DNA of 63,694 nucleotides, the filler included, from Hyphochytrium catenoides (Eukaryota > Protista > Hyphochytriomycota), in NCBI GenBank assembly GCA_900088475.1. It is 12 parts of 12 records of this genome, joined end to end, with 100 filler letters (N's around TTAATTAATTAA, not from the genome) between each part and the next. Parts side by side here need not be neighbours in the genome. Positions count along the whole stretch, not along the records: positions 20,454 to 44,814 come from FLMG01004503.1; 11 more parts are not named here. One strand, given 5' to 3'. The notes beneath the pieces are model-generated. The model was not told where the DNA came from, ran no database searches, and saw only the letters and a program-made list of their open reading frames with translations. This document shows positions 23,983 through 36,173 of the stretch, piece after piece. The stretch's first letter is position 1. Each line of letters begins with the position of its first letter. Made by a program: the position numbers and the translations under genes.

Positions 23983-24691
23983 CATCTCTCTCTTCACTCA
24001 TATGTATAGCTATCTATCCTGTGTCTCTCTCTCTGTCTCGATCCCTACTTCTGCTCTTCTTCTTGCTTTATCCTCCCGTAACTCTCGCCAAATTTAGGTT
24101 GTGGCTGCTTTTATGTCTTCCGTGCGTCTCTTTTGCGCACTCTGTCTCTATCTACTTCTAAATGTTACTCTAATGACCCTGTCTCTCTTTTCAATCTGTC
24201 TAGATTCCTAAATAACACCCGAAACCAGTACAGAACTTAACAGCCTTGTAAAACGGTAGTCGTCGTCTGATTCCAAAACTAGCAAGTCTTTGCCGAAACT
24301 GATTCTTCTTTGATAGATCTTTATTTTGTACTTTATCAATGTTGGTACGTAGTAAATGCGGTGATTATCTTCGGTAACTAGGAGTGCCGACCCGCAGTCT
24401 CCTGTCTTTTATTCGGTGTTCCGCTCTTTTCTAGCATATCTTCGTCTCGCAATTTCGGTTATTATTATTATTCCTTTCTTTCTCTCTTTCTTTCGCCCAC
24501 TGTCTTGTCTTTCTCCATGAATCCATCCATCTCTCTCTTTTCCACTCTGTCTCTAATCTGGTTCTCTTACCCTCTCTCTTTAAATCTATCGATCGATCGA
24601 TCGCTATATCTATGTGTCTATCTCTTTCACTCTTCTCCGTCTCTATATCTCTCTCTACTGTCGACTACTTTATCTATCTCTTCCACTTGAC

Positions 24692-24741
<50 letters not shown>

Positions 24742-25191
24742 GTCGCTCTTGTTTCTCCGTTGTCCTTGATCACTCTGTCTCTGACAGTAGTTGCAATCTT
24801 GCTCGGGCTTGTACACCATTCGTGTCTCTCTCTGTCCCTCTCTTCTTTGCGGTTCTGCTTCTCTTGGGTTCTTTTCTATGTCTTTGCCCTATCAACTCCC
24901 CTTTCCCTCGCCTCGATTTTCTCTTTCTCTCTCACTCATCCTCTCTTTGCTCTCTCTCTCTCCTTGCTCTTCTCAAGGCTGCTTCCTGATGATCTCTCCC
25001 ACAGGGAAGAGGAAAGCAGAAGCATCCCTTCCTCGCCAAGAACAAAGCGTCATGATGCCCGTCTAAGACCCAGCGCCAGCAGAATCTCTTCAAACAAGCA
25101 GAATCATCCTTCCTACCGTACATTTTCCTCTCCCTTTCAATCTCTTTCGTTTCCCTCTCTCCTTCTGCTCCTGTGCACTGTACACTCTTTC

Positions 25192-25223
<32 letters not shown>

Positions 25224-25840
25224 TTCTCTCTCTCTCTCTCTGTCTTCCTTTATCACTTCATCACTCTATTCCGCGTCTTGGTCGCTCGCCCTCATCAGTC
25301 AAGAGAGCGAACACGAGAAGCGCGTCCCATCTTCGTTGGACCGTGGCGGGATAGAATGTCTCCGAGTTATCCTCCTTCTTCCTTTTGACGACAATGTCCC
25401 CCATTTCTTTCTCTTTCTCTCCCTTTTCTTCACGATCAAGGGAAAGAAATGCGGGACTTTTTCCTGAGAGCCACAACTGTGTGCATCGCCTCTTCCCCTG
25501 TCCTTGCCTGTCGTACAGAAGAGAACTAAGTATAAGGAGAGAAAGGTGGACCCCTCTGCGCAGCTGTTATTTCCTCCGTACGTTCCCATCAGCCTGGCCC
25601 ATGTTACTCATGGACAGCAACAGAAGTCGTCAGAGTGACATCCAATCCTCCCTTCTCTCCCTTTGTCTCCCCTTCTTCTCTTTATTTGTTGCTGCCTCTT
25701 GGTGTCATATCTCTCTCTTTCGCTGTCTCTCTTTCTCTCTCTCTCTGTGTCTCTCTTTCCCTGCCAAGACCTCTTCCCCCATTCGTGTCTTCTGCCATCT
25801 TGTTGTCTCTCTGTATGTCTCCCCTCTCTTTCTCTCTTCC

Positions 25841-25895
<55 letters not shown>

Positions 25896-28129
25896 TCTCT
25901 CCTTCTCCCATTCTCTGCGGCCCTGATGAGCTCTTGACGCCTGATTTCTTCTAAAGAGAAAACGGACGAGGATGCCAGAAAGGTTGAACTCTGACCGCAA
26001 CCTCTCTGAGTAGCCCGCACTCAGGAACCTGCTGCTCTTAGGAATGACTGACTATCAAGAAGAAGAGATAAACATCCTCCCGCAGCCAGCCCGCAGAGAA
26101 CCAGACTGCATCCATAGACAAGCTCACCAGCCGATAGACAAGCTCACCAGCCGATAGAACAAGGTTTTTGCCTTGCCAGTGGTGGCTGCACCTGCTGTCT
26201 CCGTCATCCCTTGTCGCTTTAGTCTCTTGGACGAGTAGCAGAGGATCACACTTAGGGTTTGGCTTTAGTTAGGCTCACAGCGCTCTCCACTCGCCCTAGA
26301 AGCTGGCTCGTGACTGCTCATGAGATCACCTGGAGCTTGATCTCTGCTGAGGATCTCGGTGGCAGGGCATTAGAATGCTGACCTCATGGTGCTTCTCTCC
26401 TCCTGCCAGTAGGAGGATAGGGCTCCCAGAGGAAACAGGACTGGATATCGGCTTATCAGGAAGCTAAAAGAGGCTTTCTTTCCCTACGTTAGAATGGAAA
26501 GAGCAGCAGTCTTGAGAGCTCACTCGCCGAGAGGAACGGGCTTTATTAGACGACAGAGTAAGGAGTTAGGCGGAGACCTACTACTCGGTGAGGAGCTAGA
26601 GCCACTAATAAGGAAAGTACCTTCTTGATGCATTCAATGATGAACAGAAGTTCTCGGTTAGGGTGGCGTGAAGAGGCCGTCAAAGCCGCCCCTGATCGTT
26701 GTGAGAAGGGAAGCGCCTGAAGCTGCTACTGCAGCAGGCAGGAGACTCATGATCGTTGTCATCATCTCTCCCGTGCGAGATATCGCTGTGAGGAGTGAGC
26801 AGTCCAGTGCAATGTATGAGGTCAGACAAAGGGAACAGCCACCAGAAAGAATCCTGGCTGCTGAGACAAGCAGGAGGAAGCATCACCCGTGTCGAGGACA
26901 GACCCTACTTCCTTGAGGTTTGAAAATCAAATAGAAGAAGTAGCGAGCATCACGCTGTCTAGGGTTAGGGTTAGCGCTAGGGTTGCTCCGTACGGGAGGA
27001 CAGCAAGCGCGCCTTGAAATAATGATTGCCTCTGGACCTCAAGCCGCTGGCATCGCAGCGGGAAAGAGCCCTTCCTTGACGTCTCAGGATCCTTGTTGGA
27101 CAGTATCGTACACTTGGAGACGACAGGGAGGAGGAGGAACAACAACGGAGAAAGTCAGCCTAAAGCATGATGATTCTTCTCTCGGAGCTCGAAAGCCGCC
27201 TTCTTCCCTTCTCCTCCTCCTGCCTCCGATCCTCTCATCACTGATAAGAGTATCGTCACTATCCTTCCTACTATGGAGACGGCTCACGGAGTGCGAGAGG
27301 ATGATGTTCAACCTTGACAAGTTCATAATTTCTTTAGCAGCACCGCAGCTTCTTCTTCTGCTTGTTGTTCCAAGGGACAAGACAAAGGAGAAAAGTAAGG
27401 CTGGACGGACCACCAGCAGAGAGGACAGCCCAGGCGCTGTGACGGGAAAGAGGGAAGGAACATCGTTTAGGGAAAGAAAGGTAGACGGGAACAGCAGTGA
27501 TCTTCTCTTTCCCTCCGCGTGTCTCCTCTTTTCCTCCGTGTGCCTCTCTCTCTTTCGACGTGGAAGGTGGCTCACTTAGTCATTGCCTAATGACGGGGAT
27601 GACGGCTTCAAGAATCAGCAAAGAAGAAAGAGAGAACAGTGCTCTGGAGGGAGAGAGAGAGAGAGAAGAAAGAGAACTCTCTGTTCGTCGATTTTGAGCG
27701 GACATGACCACCTGTGCTGTCTTCAAACCCCGCCGCATGCTAGTTTGCTCCTAGGTAATTTTTCAAAAGTGGAAAACATTTGTCGAGAAGAGGAGAGGGA
27801 GAAGAATGCTCTCTGCTGCTGCTTCTCTCCTTCCGTCTTTCCCTTCCCCCAGTGATAGCACCGTCTACGTCTCTCCTCTTTCTTCCGTCTTTTCCTTTAC
27901 ATAAAAGACCGTCCTCCGTCTCTTCTGCTTTCACGAAGTCTCTTTCTCTTTTCTCTTCTTCTTCGTGGGCTCATCAGCACTAGCTCACTAGCGGAAGAGA
28001 GGAAGTCTCCAGAAGAAAGAACAGCCGAAAGAGAGAAAGAACTAGTGGAGAGACAGACAAATCAATGGAAACATGTCTAACACAGGGAGAGAGAGAAAAA
28101 GAGAGAGAGAGAGAGGGGCAGATAGGAGT

Positions 28130-28412
28130 CTCACTCTACTCTCGGCTCTTCTGTCCCAAGCATTGGTGCCGGAAAGTAAGAGAAGGATAGGAGAAAGCAG
28201 CAGGCCATAGAGATTCTATAAAGTTATAGAGAGAGAGAGAGAGAGAGAGAGAAAGAAAGAGAAGATGGCTTCTCCCTCTCCCTCGCGCCCGACTTATGAA
28301 GGCGCCTGGGCAAAGAGAATGGGAAGAGATCGGCGGACTCAATTATCAAAAAGCCTATGCAACTTCTTACTCCCAGCCTCTTGCCATCACTCTCTTCTTT
28401 AGAGAGGTGAGA
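28130..28412 (+). pseudogene. Orphan duplicate of the 5' flank and exon 1 of the 7TM-RGS gene (source ~39930-40195), frameshifted
   Basis: ATGGCTTCTCCCTCTCCCTCGCGCCCGACTTATGAAGGCGCCTGGGC at 28265 is identical to 40051. Extra G (GAATGGGAAG vs GAATGGAAG). No downstream RGS exons follow. Confidence 0.85.
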
Positions 28413-28513
28413 AAGAGAGAGAGCAACCTTTCTCTCTTGATCGCTCCCCAATCTCAGCTTTTGTTGCCCTTCCCGCTTGTCCCGAGTTTCCTTCTCATCT
28501 TTCACCTCGCCAA

Positions 28514-28562
<49 letters not shown>

Positions 28563-28815
28563 CTCTCTCTCTCTCTCTCTCTCTCTCCCCCTTTCCCTCT
28601 CCCTCTCTCTCTCGCTCTCTTCCGCAAGCATTCCATTTTATTGACCTCAAGGGGCTTAAAAGCCTCTCACTGAACTTATACCATCCTCTCTCAGTCAAGT
28701 CAATCATCAACGCGGTCAGACACTATCGAGCACGCCTTGTCACGCGAGGAAGAGATAGCAAAAAAACCTTGGACAGCTCTTCTTTGTCCGTTCTTTCTGT
28801 CCTGATCCTTTGACT

Positions 28816-30227
28816 CTAAGGCGTGCCTGGAGACCAGAGGCTGGGGTCACAGACCCACGAGGCTGGCACTTCCTCAGGCGCCGCTTCACTGGCCAGCGCC
28901 TTCGCAGCCAGACAATCCGTGCCTGTCGGACTGTCTCCGCCCACAAACGCCCAGCAGGACGTCGAAGGCACAATCGAGAGGACGTTGACGATCGTGCCGT
29001 AGAGAAGACAGAACGCCACGAAGGCAATCAGAAGCTGCGCCACGCGCGGGCTGCGTGTACTGCGCGCGAGAAGCTCTCTGCATTCTTTCCTTTGCGGAGG
29101 CAGCAGCGGCAAGAAGGCGAAGGACATGGGGTTGATGGCAGTCACGAGGAGCGTGAGATATGTGAATCGCCAGCGGACAGCCGTGGTGTCTCCATCGGCC
29201 CAGCACGGGTTCAGATAATGCACATCGACGTTGAACGGCCCGGCCAGCTGGCTGGAGATGGCGGAAGTGAAAGGCCCGATCATGTTGGAGCACGTGGTCA
29301 CCAGCGCGTAGGTGATCGCCTCCAGACCTGGAGGCGCAACCTCGAGGATGCAGGTGAGGCCCACCATGTAGCTCCAGGAGACCACGAAGGTCGACGAGAG
29401 CATGGTGCACATGAGGAAGTAAGGGTTGCGCCGGACATCCCAGACCTGGAGGAAGTAGAGCTGATTGAAGAATGTGCTGAGCAGCGAGGTGATGATGATG
29501 AGATAGCGCCAGTTCGTGTTGAGGAAGTGATACTTCATCAGAGAGAGGCCGATGATCGTGATGACATCGGAAAAGACGTTGATCAGAGAGTTCTGCAGCG
29601 GCGTGAGCTTCCACCCAGTAATGATAAGACTGAGCCTGAGCTTGGTTCGTGATCCCGACGAAGAGACCGTTCAGAATGGTCCAGACGACGATCTGCCAGA
29701 CAGCGCGGAGCTGCAGCGTCTCATAAAACTCTTTGGTCATAGGGACGGCCGGGCTCTTTCTCTTCTCTCAAGCGGAAGAAAAGAGGAAGAGGAAGGACCG
29801 TCAGCCCAAAGATTGTCCAGCCAAACTGAGGAATGGTCAGGCCCCATGTGAAGTCTCCGCCATACTCCTCGCTGTTGAAGGCAAACGCGGTCAGCAGCGC
29901 AGCCACAGCGCCAGACACTTCTCTGACGAGATAGACCGTCGTCTGCGCCTTTCCTCTCACGTCAATGTGCTCGTGATGGGCAATCCAGACCATGAAGCCG
30001 TCTGCAGCGCTGTGGCGGGGGGAGAGAGGCAGAAGCAAGGGAAAGTTAGGTGGGCTGGTGCGAGGCAGAGGGAAAGAGAGGATGTACGAAGAGAAGAGAG
30101 AGAAAGGGAGAGGGTGGCAGAATGGGAGAGAATGGGAGAGAAAGGGGGAGAGAAAAGGGGGAAAAGGGGGAAAAGGGGAGGGGGGGAGACAAAGAGAGGG
30201 GGGAGAGAGAGAGAGAAAGAAAGAAAA

Positions 30228-30260
<33 letters not shown>

Positions 30261-30642
30261 CAAGGATCATATAAGAAGAGCCAATAGAAAGTAGGGCAGA
30301 AAGGAACTTATACATTGGCGAACATGTAGCTGTGAGCCCGACAAGCGGCGGCGACGGCGGAGGACGATGCGTAGAGACAAGCCAAGATGAGGAGAGAAGA
30401 AACAGAAGTCGTTAGCCCCGGAGAGTCATCGTAACGGTCCGATCAGAGGGAGTAGAAGGACGAGAGAGAGAGAGAGAGAGAGGAAAAAGAAAAGAGAATT
30501 GAAAGAGTGCGAGTAAGAGAGAGTATGAGTAAGAGAGAGTGAGTAAGAGAGAGTAAGAGAGAGAGAGAGAGAGTAAGAGAGAGAGAGAGAGAGAGTGAGT
30601 AAGAGAGGGCGCAAGAGAGAGAGCGAAAGAGAGAGTGAGAGT

Positions 30643-30684
<42 letters not shown>

Positions 30685-30898
30685 AGAACAGGACACTTAA
30701 AGTGTCATCGTTTTAGCTGGCAATTGTCAGTGCTCTCACTCACGCGAAGTTGATAGCCGTCAGAGAAGCAGTGAACATTGCCACGGAAGGATTCTCTCCC
30801 ATGCACGCGAACCCGATCAGAATGGCCTCAGTGAGCAGCCAGCCTCCAGCGATATAGTACTTCCTGCAATAGTAAGAAAGGACATGAGTCCCGGGCAC

Positions 30899-30956
<58 letters not shown>

Positions 30957-31519
30957 AAGAGAGAAAGAGAGAGAGGAGAGAAAGAGAGACAACGGAGTGT
31001 AAAACTAACAGAAAAATGGAAACGAGAGAGAAGAGAGACAAGACCAGCCTTCCATTTTCCCTCTTTCTCTCTCTTCCTCTACTGATGTGGGCGAGGCATT
31101 CACCTTCGATAGCCAAAGAGAGGGAAACAGTCCGTGATAATGCCATAGAAGATCTTGTATGACCACCAAAGGTACGCGAGCGTCGAGGCGGCCGCAGAAG
31201 TTTGGTTCGAAGCTTTGTTTTTGATGACAACGACAGGATAAATGAGATTTCCCAGCGTGTTATTGAGGAAGCCAACGTTCGAATAGCTGCCCAAGATGCT
31301 GAGGTAGTCCAGGTGATAAAGGCGCGGATTGAGCCCATCCGTGGCAATGCTATAGATGTCATGCTTCTCCCTCTGCGGCGGCGGCTGTCCGTCCACAGAA
31401 GAGGAGATGAAGCTCTGTTTCTGACTGTCAGGAAGTCTCTTGGAGAAGCGCTTGCTGAGCTCTGAGCCACGGAGCTCGTCCTCTTGTCGGCTGGACGAGT
31501 CAGCCGTGTAGCGCCGCAT
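28816..31519 (-). pseudogene. Folate-biopterin transporter (BT1/FBT, MFS), 4 exons, apparently disrupted
   Basis: Exons ~31519-31104, 30863-30744, 30329-30312, 30009-28816. Motifs WSYKIFYGIITDCFPLFGYRRKYY..GW, YMFANVAADG, RGKAQT and E.APPGLEAITY.LVTT..N. Lesions: intron-3 donor reads ATAAGT instead of GTAAGT, and frameshifts near 29741 and 29611. Confidence 0.8.
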
Positions 31520-33505
31520 GGCTCTCTCTTTGTCTTCCACGAGTGCTGACCTTAAAAAAGAAAGAGTCCTGGCCCTAGAGAAAGACGATCTATTTTTTTT
31601 TGGGCTCTGCTTGTTGCTCTGGCGGCTCTGGGAAGAGAAGAAGAGAGACTCAGAGACAATGAAGCTCTTCAGCTTGGGAAGGAGAGAGAAGCGTGGCCCG
31701 GCAGATGGGAAGAGCAGAAGCAAAGAGTGAACACGACTTCAGGCACTCTTCCCGCTCTTCGGAGCGCTGGACTGAAGACTGAGAAAGAAAGAATGAGGAG
31801 TCCTGGAGATGGGAGGAGGAAAGAGAGCAGTAGGAGGAGAGGAAAAAAGTTTGGTTGCATAGGCAGAGAGAGAGGAAGAGAGAGAGAGAAACAGAGACGA
31901 AGAGGAAGAAAGAAGAAAGGCCGCCTTTTCTGCTCCATAATAGCGAAGCAGGAGCAACCAAAGTGCTCTGGGAAGATGTCCATTAGAAGCACCATGTAGA
32001 ACCGATAAATGCTGCTGCATGACGAACATCTCTTTCTCTCTCTCTCTCCCCTTTTCCTCCTCTCTTGACCTCTCTTTTGCTCTCTCTCTCTCTCTTTCCC
32101 TCACTTCTCCTTCGCTATCTCTCTCCCATACTTTCTCTCTTATTTTTGCGATGGTTCTTAAAAGAAGAGCTCTGTCCGCGGGTAAGAGAAGCATCACCAG
32201 CAGGAGGAGGTTGACCAAGAGGAAGAGAGAATGATGGAAGAGAGAGCGGACAGGGAGAGAAAGGCAAAGAGAACATTGAAAGCGAGGGCATAGAAGGAGA
32301 GAAAAAGAGATCATGAGAAAACAGAACGATCAGAATCTAGCGACGAAAGCAAAGAGAGCAAGAGCGATAGAAGTGAGCAAGCCAAAAGAACGAGGAGGAG
32401 AAGGAGGAGAAGAGGAGACGAGGAGAGAGAAGATGAACAAACTTGATGGGGATGACGCCCCTGCTATCACTTTCTTGAGAAGGTTAGTTCTTGCCTAGAA
32501 AGACAGGGAAGACAGAGTGCTGACGCTATCGCGGTCAATGCAGTGTAGGAGAGAAAGGAAAGCATGGAGAAGAAGAAAGGCAGGCCAATGATATGAAGGG
32601 GAATGGAGGAAGAGAGAGAAAGAGGATCTCTCTCCTCTGCCCCTTTGCGCTCCCGGGAGTCCTAGAGATACGGCTGTAGAAGAGGGCTTTACACTTCTTA
32701 GAAAGCAGGTCCTCTTCTCTCTTCTCTCTCTCTCCCTTCCGTTCACTCTTCGCTCTCTCAACTATTCCTCTTTTTCTTAATTATTCTCTTTCTGTTCTCT
32801 TCCCTCTGTCTCCTCTTTCCGTTCGGTCAAGAAGGTTCTTTAGAACGAGGCGTAGTATCCTGACATTTACTATAGACTCTTAAGTTAGTTTAGAACCATC
32901 TGCCCGGACTCCTTTTAGTAGACAGAGAGAGAAAAGAGAAAGAGAAAAAGACAACGAGAGAGAGAGAAAACAAGATAGAGATAGAAAAGGAAAGAAGGAA
33001 GCGGAAAGGAGTGAGTGAGAGGGAGGAGGGAGAGAGAGAAAGAGAGAGAGAGAGAAAGAAAGAGAGAGAAGCGAGAAAGGGAAGGACAGGGAGGAAGAAA
33101 GAGAGAGAAAGGGTTTGTGTCTGTGACAGCAGGTCTGACAACAATAAGAACTCTAGGAAAGCAACAGAGCTATCGCCTGGCATCTTCTTTTTCGCGGAAG
33201 GTTCTGACTCACCATCGTAGTAGCTCTACTGCGAGTAGCAATGGCCATGGGAGGACTCCGTAAAGACCTAGCAGAACTAGTAGTCAGTGACTGCCTCGAG
33301 AGAGGAGAGGGAGAGAGGAAGGAGACAGTCAGAGAGGAAATAGAGCGGAGAAGGCCAGACACGTACAAGTAGAACACAATCGCTAACTATCCAGCAAAAA
33401 CAGGAAACAGAGTGATTAGATCTTGAGGGTCAGATGAAGAGAAGAGGGAAGAAACAAGCGCGCTGTCTGTCAATTGAGAAAAAGTAGACCTTAATGTTTG
33501 CTGGA

Positions 33506-33549
<44 letters not shown>

Positions 33550-33713
33550 GAGGAAGAGAGAGAGAGAGAAAAGAGAGAGAGAATAAGAGAGAGAGACACA
33601 AGGAAAGAGAAAAAATGAGGGAGAGAGGTTGTACCCACGCAGTAACCCTAGGGACGTAGGGACACATAGAGAGAGAAAGAACTAATAAGGTTCTACCGTT
33701 CTACACTAGGGAG

Positions 33714-33740
33714 TAGGGTTAGGGTTAGGGTTAGGGTTAG
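33714..33740 (+). repeat. Interstitial telomeric repeat (TTAGGG)n, 5' flank of the LINE
   Basis: TAGGGTTAGGGTTAGGGTTAGGGTTAG. Confidence 0.92.
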
Positions 33741-36137
33741 CGTTTCGTTCTTAAAAAGTCTTCAAGAGATCGGTTTAAGTGGTTGTTTCTTTGGAAGCAA
33801 TCCTCTAAGGAACTATCTCTTCTTCGAAAAGCTTTGAAGAAAGAAATTTCACAGGCACGTACGCTTTCCTGGCGAACGTGCATGGAAGAAATTGGCTCTG
33901 ATCCTGATCCATCAAGCCGTCAACTTTGGAAACTCTCTCACAGCTTGATGAGCCCAAGGCAACCAACATGTTTCGATGTGGATGATGCCTTCCATCATTG
34001 CGGTAATCTTTACGCGAAGAGAGAACTTCCAAAAGAAGCTTTGTTAAGAGCAGAGCTTGATTCTTGGCTTTCTTCTACATCTGGCAATGGGACGGTGATG
34101 GAGCCTATTACTATGGAGGAGTTACAAGGATGTATCAAGACTTTGGCGAATAACAAAGCGGCGGGACCAGATATATTCCTGGGGAGGCTTTTAAAATTCT
34201 TTCTGGTATCACAGCGGAATGGTTACTCTTCGTTCTTAATGGATGTGTAGAGGTTAGTCACTGTCCAACCAACTGGAAAGTTGGTGTGATGACCTTCATT
34301 CATAAAAAGGGGGATAAAGGCGACTGTAAAAACTATCGTTCTATCACTCTCTTGAGCCATATGCGGAAACTCTTGGAGACCATCTTGTGGTTTAGACTAC
34401 AGATCGGGCGGAGGAGGGTAACAATATTGCTCTCACACAAGCCGGTTTCCGGAAAAACCGCGGCTGTCCAGAGCAAGTGTTGGTCCTTCAACACGCTATG
34501 GATAAAGCAAGAACCGAAAAGAGAAACCTCTGGATCACTTTTCTGGATTTGAAGAACGCTTATGACTCTGTATCACACACGGGTCTCTTATACAAACTGA
34601 TGAAGATAGGTCTACCGCCTACCTTTGTGAAGTTTGTGAGGAACTGGTTGAAAGATGCAAAAGGCATGTTCTTCAACGATAGAGTGACAAGAAGTTTCGC
34701 TATTCAAAGAGGGGTCCCACAAGGTTCTGTTCTTTCTCCTTTCTTATTCAACGTGTTTATTAACGACCTCGCTCCGGATGATTCAATTCATCGATTAGGC
34801 GTGGATTTGACTACGGAACACAGGATTGGATCTCTCCTCTATGCTGATGATACTAGTCTGATGGCTCATAACCGAGACAACGCACAAAAACAGGTGACAC
34901 ATATGGCGAAGTGGTGTGACAGATGGGGATTGGTTATTCATCCCGGAAAAACTGAGGTCATGTTACTCAAATATGGCCGAAAGGAGAATTTTTCCCCTCT
35001 CTTCTTGGAGGAAGCTACAACTCTCAACTTCTGTGAACGCTTTCGCTATCTAGGAGTTACCCTGGGTGCACGGCTTAAAACAACTGGAACTGGTTCTTTA
35101 GAGAAAGCGGAGAAGAAATGGCAAAGCCTGGTAGCGCTCTTTGCAAAATACTGTCATCTGACTGCAGAGGGACAAAGTCGGCTTTATACCGCTATTTTAC
35201 GCCCTACTATCCTCTATGGTACTCAACTCTTTCCTTTAAGGAGTAACGCGGAGAAGTTTCAGAAGAAAGTAGCCAGACGGATATGTGGAGCCTTCCAAAT
35301 ACGGAGACCAGAAAGGTGTACGAGGTTCTCGGTTGGTGGAGATTAGAGGCACACGCTGATAAATCCTGCTTGTACTTTGCACAACGGGCCATCAACTCGC
35401 CCTATAAACTGGCTCGTGACTGCGCTAGAGATCAATTGGAGCTTGGACTCTCTTGGGGGTCTCGAGTGCAAACACTATGCTTGTCTTATGGTATTTCTCT
35501 CCAACAATTAGAGGATGTTTCTGACCAGAAAGATCGGGAGTCGGCTTATGAGGATTTTAAAGGCGCTTTACTCTCTGCTTTGGAACGTAAAGAGCTTGAA
35601 TATCGTCATGAAGACCAACCTCTGGAGGGAGCTGTTCTCCATCAAAAGGAGCACGCTTCCCTACTCTTACGGTGTGGAGGTAATTTGGTTCGTTTCGGAT
35701 TTCATGTGGTTATAAACCGATATAACCCACGTGATGTTGGAGATCTACCTAGCCATCTTTGCGGCAAAGCCTGGGACACCCCTCAACACCTTATATTTGA
35801 ATGTCACGGAAGAAAATCGACAGTAAAAGAACTCTCAACTCTCCAACAGAAACTTGTTGGTATATGGACACGCCTCCCAGCCGTGCAGCTGGATTGCACT
35901 ATGGCAGGTCTTAAAGCTTTCTTCTGGAGGAGTTAGATTCCGTCGATCTCCCATTGTAAGAGACTTCTTAAAAGTCTTACAGGAGATATATCATCTCCGT
36001 GCAAAACATCGTAAGTAGACAGACTAACGGGACAAACCAAGTAAAAAGTAGGCGCATACCTATGTAAGGTACAGCCATTTTAGGGCAACTACTAAGCTCT
36101 TGTCTTTCTTAAAAAATAAACAGTACTTGTAGTTCAC
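33741..36137 (+). mobile_element. 5'-truncated non-LTR retrotransposon (ORF2 reverse transcriptase plus C-terminal zinc-knuckle-like motif), frameshifted, embedded in (TTAGGG)n
   Basis: RT motifs PITMEEL..IK.L.NNKAAGPD, WK.G....IHKKGD....NYRSITLLS, QAGFR, FLDLKNAYDSV, GVPQGSVLSPFLFN, LLYADD and FRYLG. HLCGKAWDTPQHLIFEC lies downstream. Frameshifts near 34172, 34403 and 35295. No endonuclease or ORF1 present. Confidence 0.92.
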
Positions 36138-36173
36138 GGTTAGGGTTAAGGTTAGGGTTAGGGTTAGGGTTAG
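36138..36173 (+). repeat. Interstitial telomeric repeat (TTAGGG)n, 3' flank of the LINE
   Basis: GGTTAGGGTTAAGGTTAGGGTTAGGGTTAGGGTTAG. Confidence 0.92.

Noticed and set aside
25915-26000. Hammerhead ribozyme-like CTGATGAG..CTCTT/AAGAG..AAAC
   Set aside because: Lacks the stem II-closing CGAAA and a convincing stem III or cleavage triplet.
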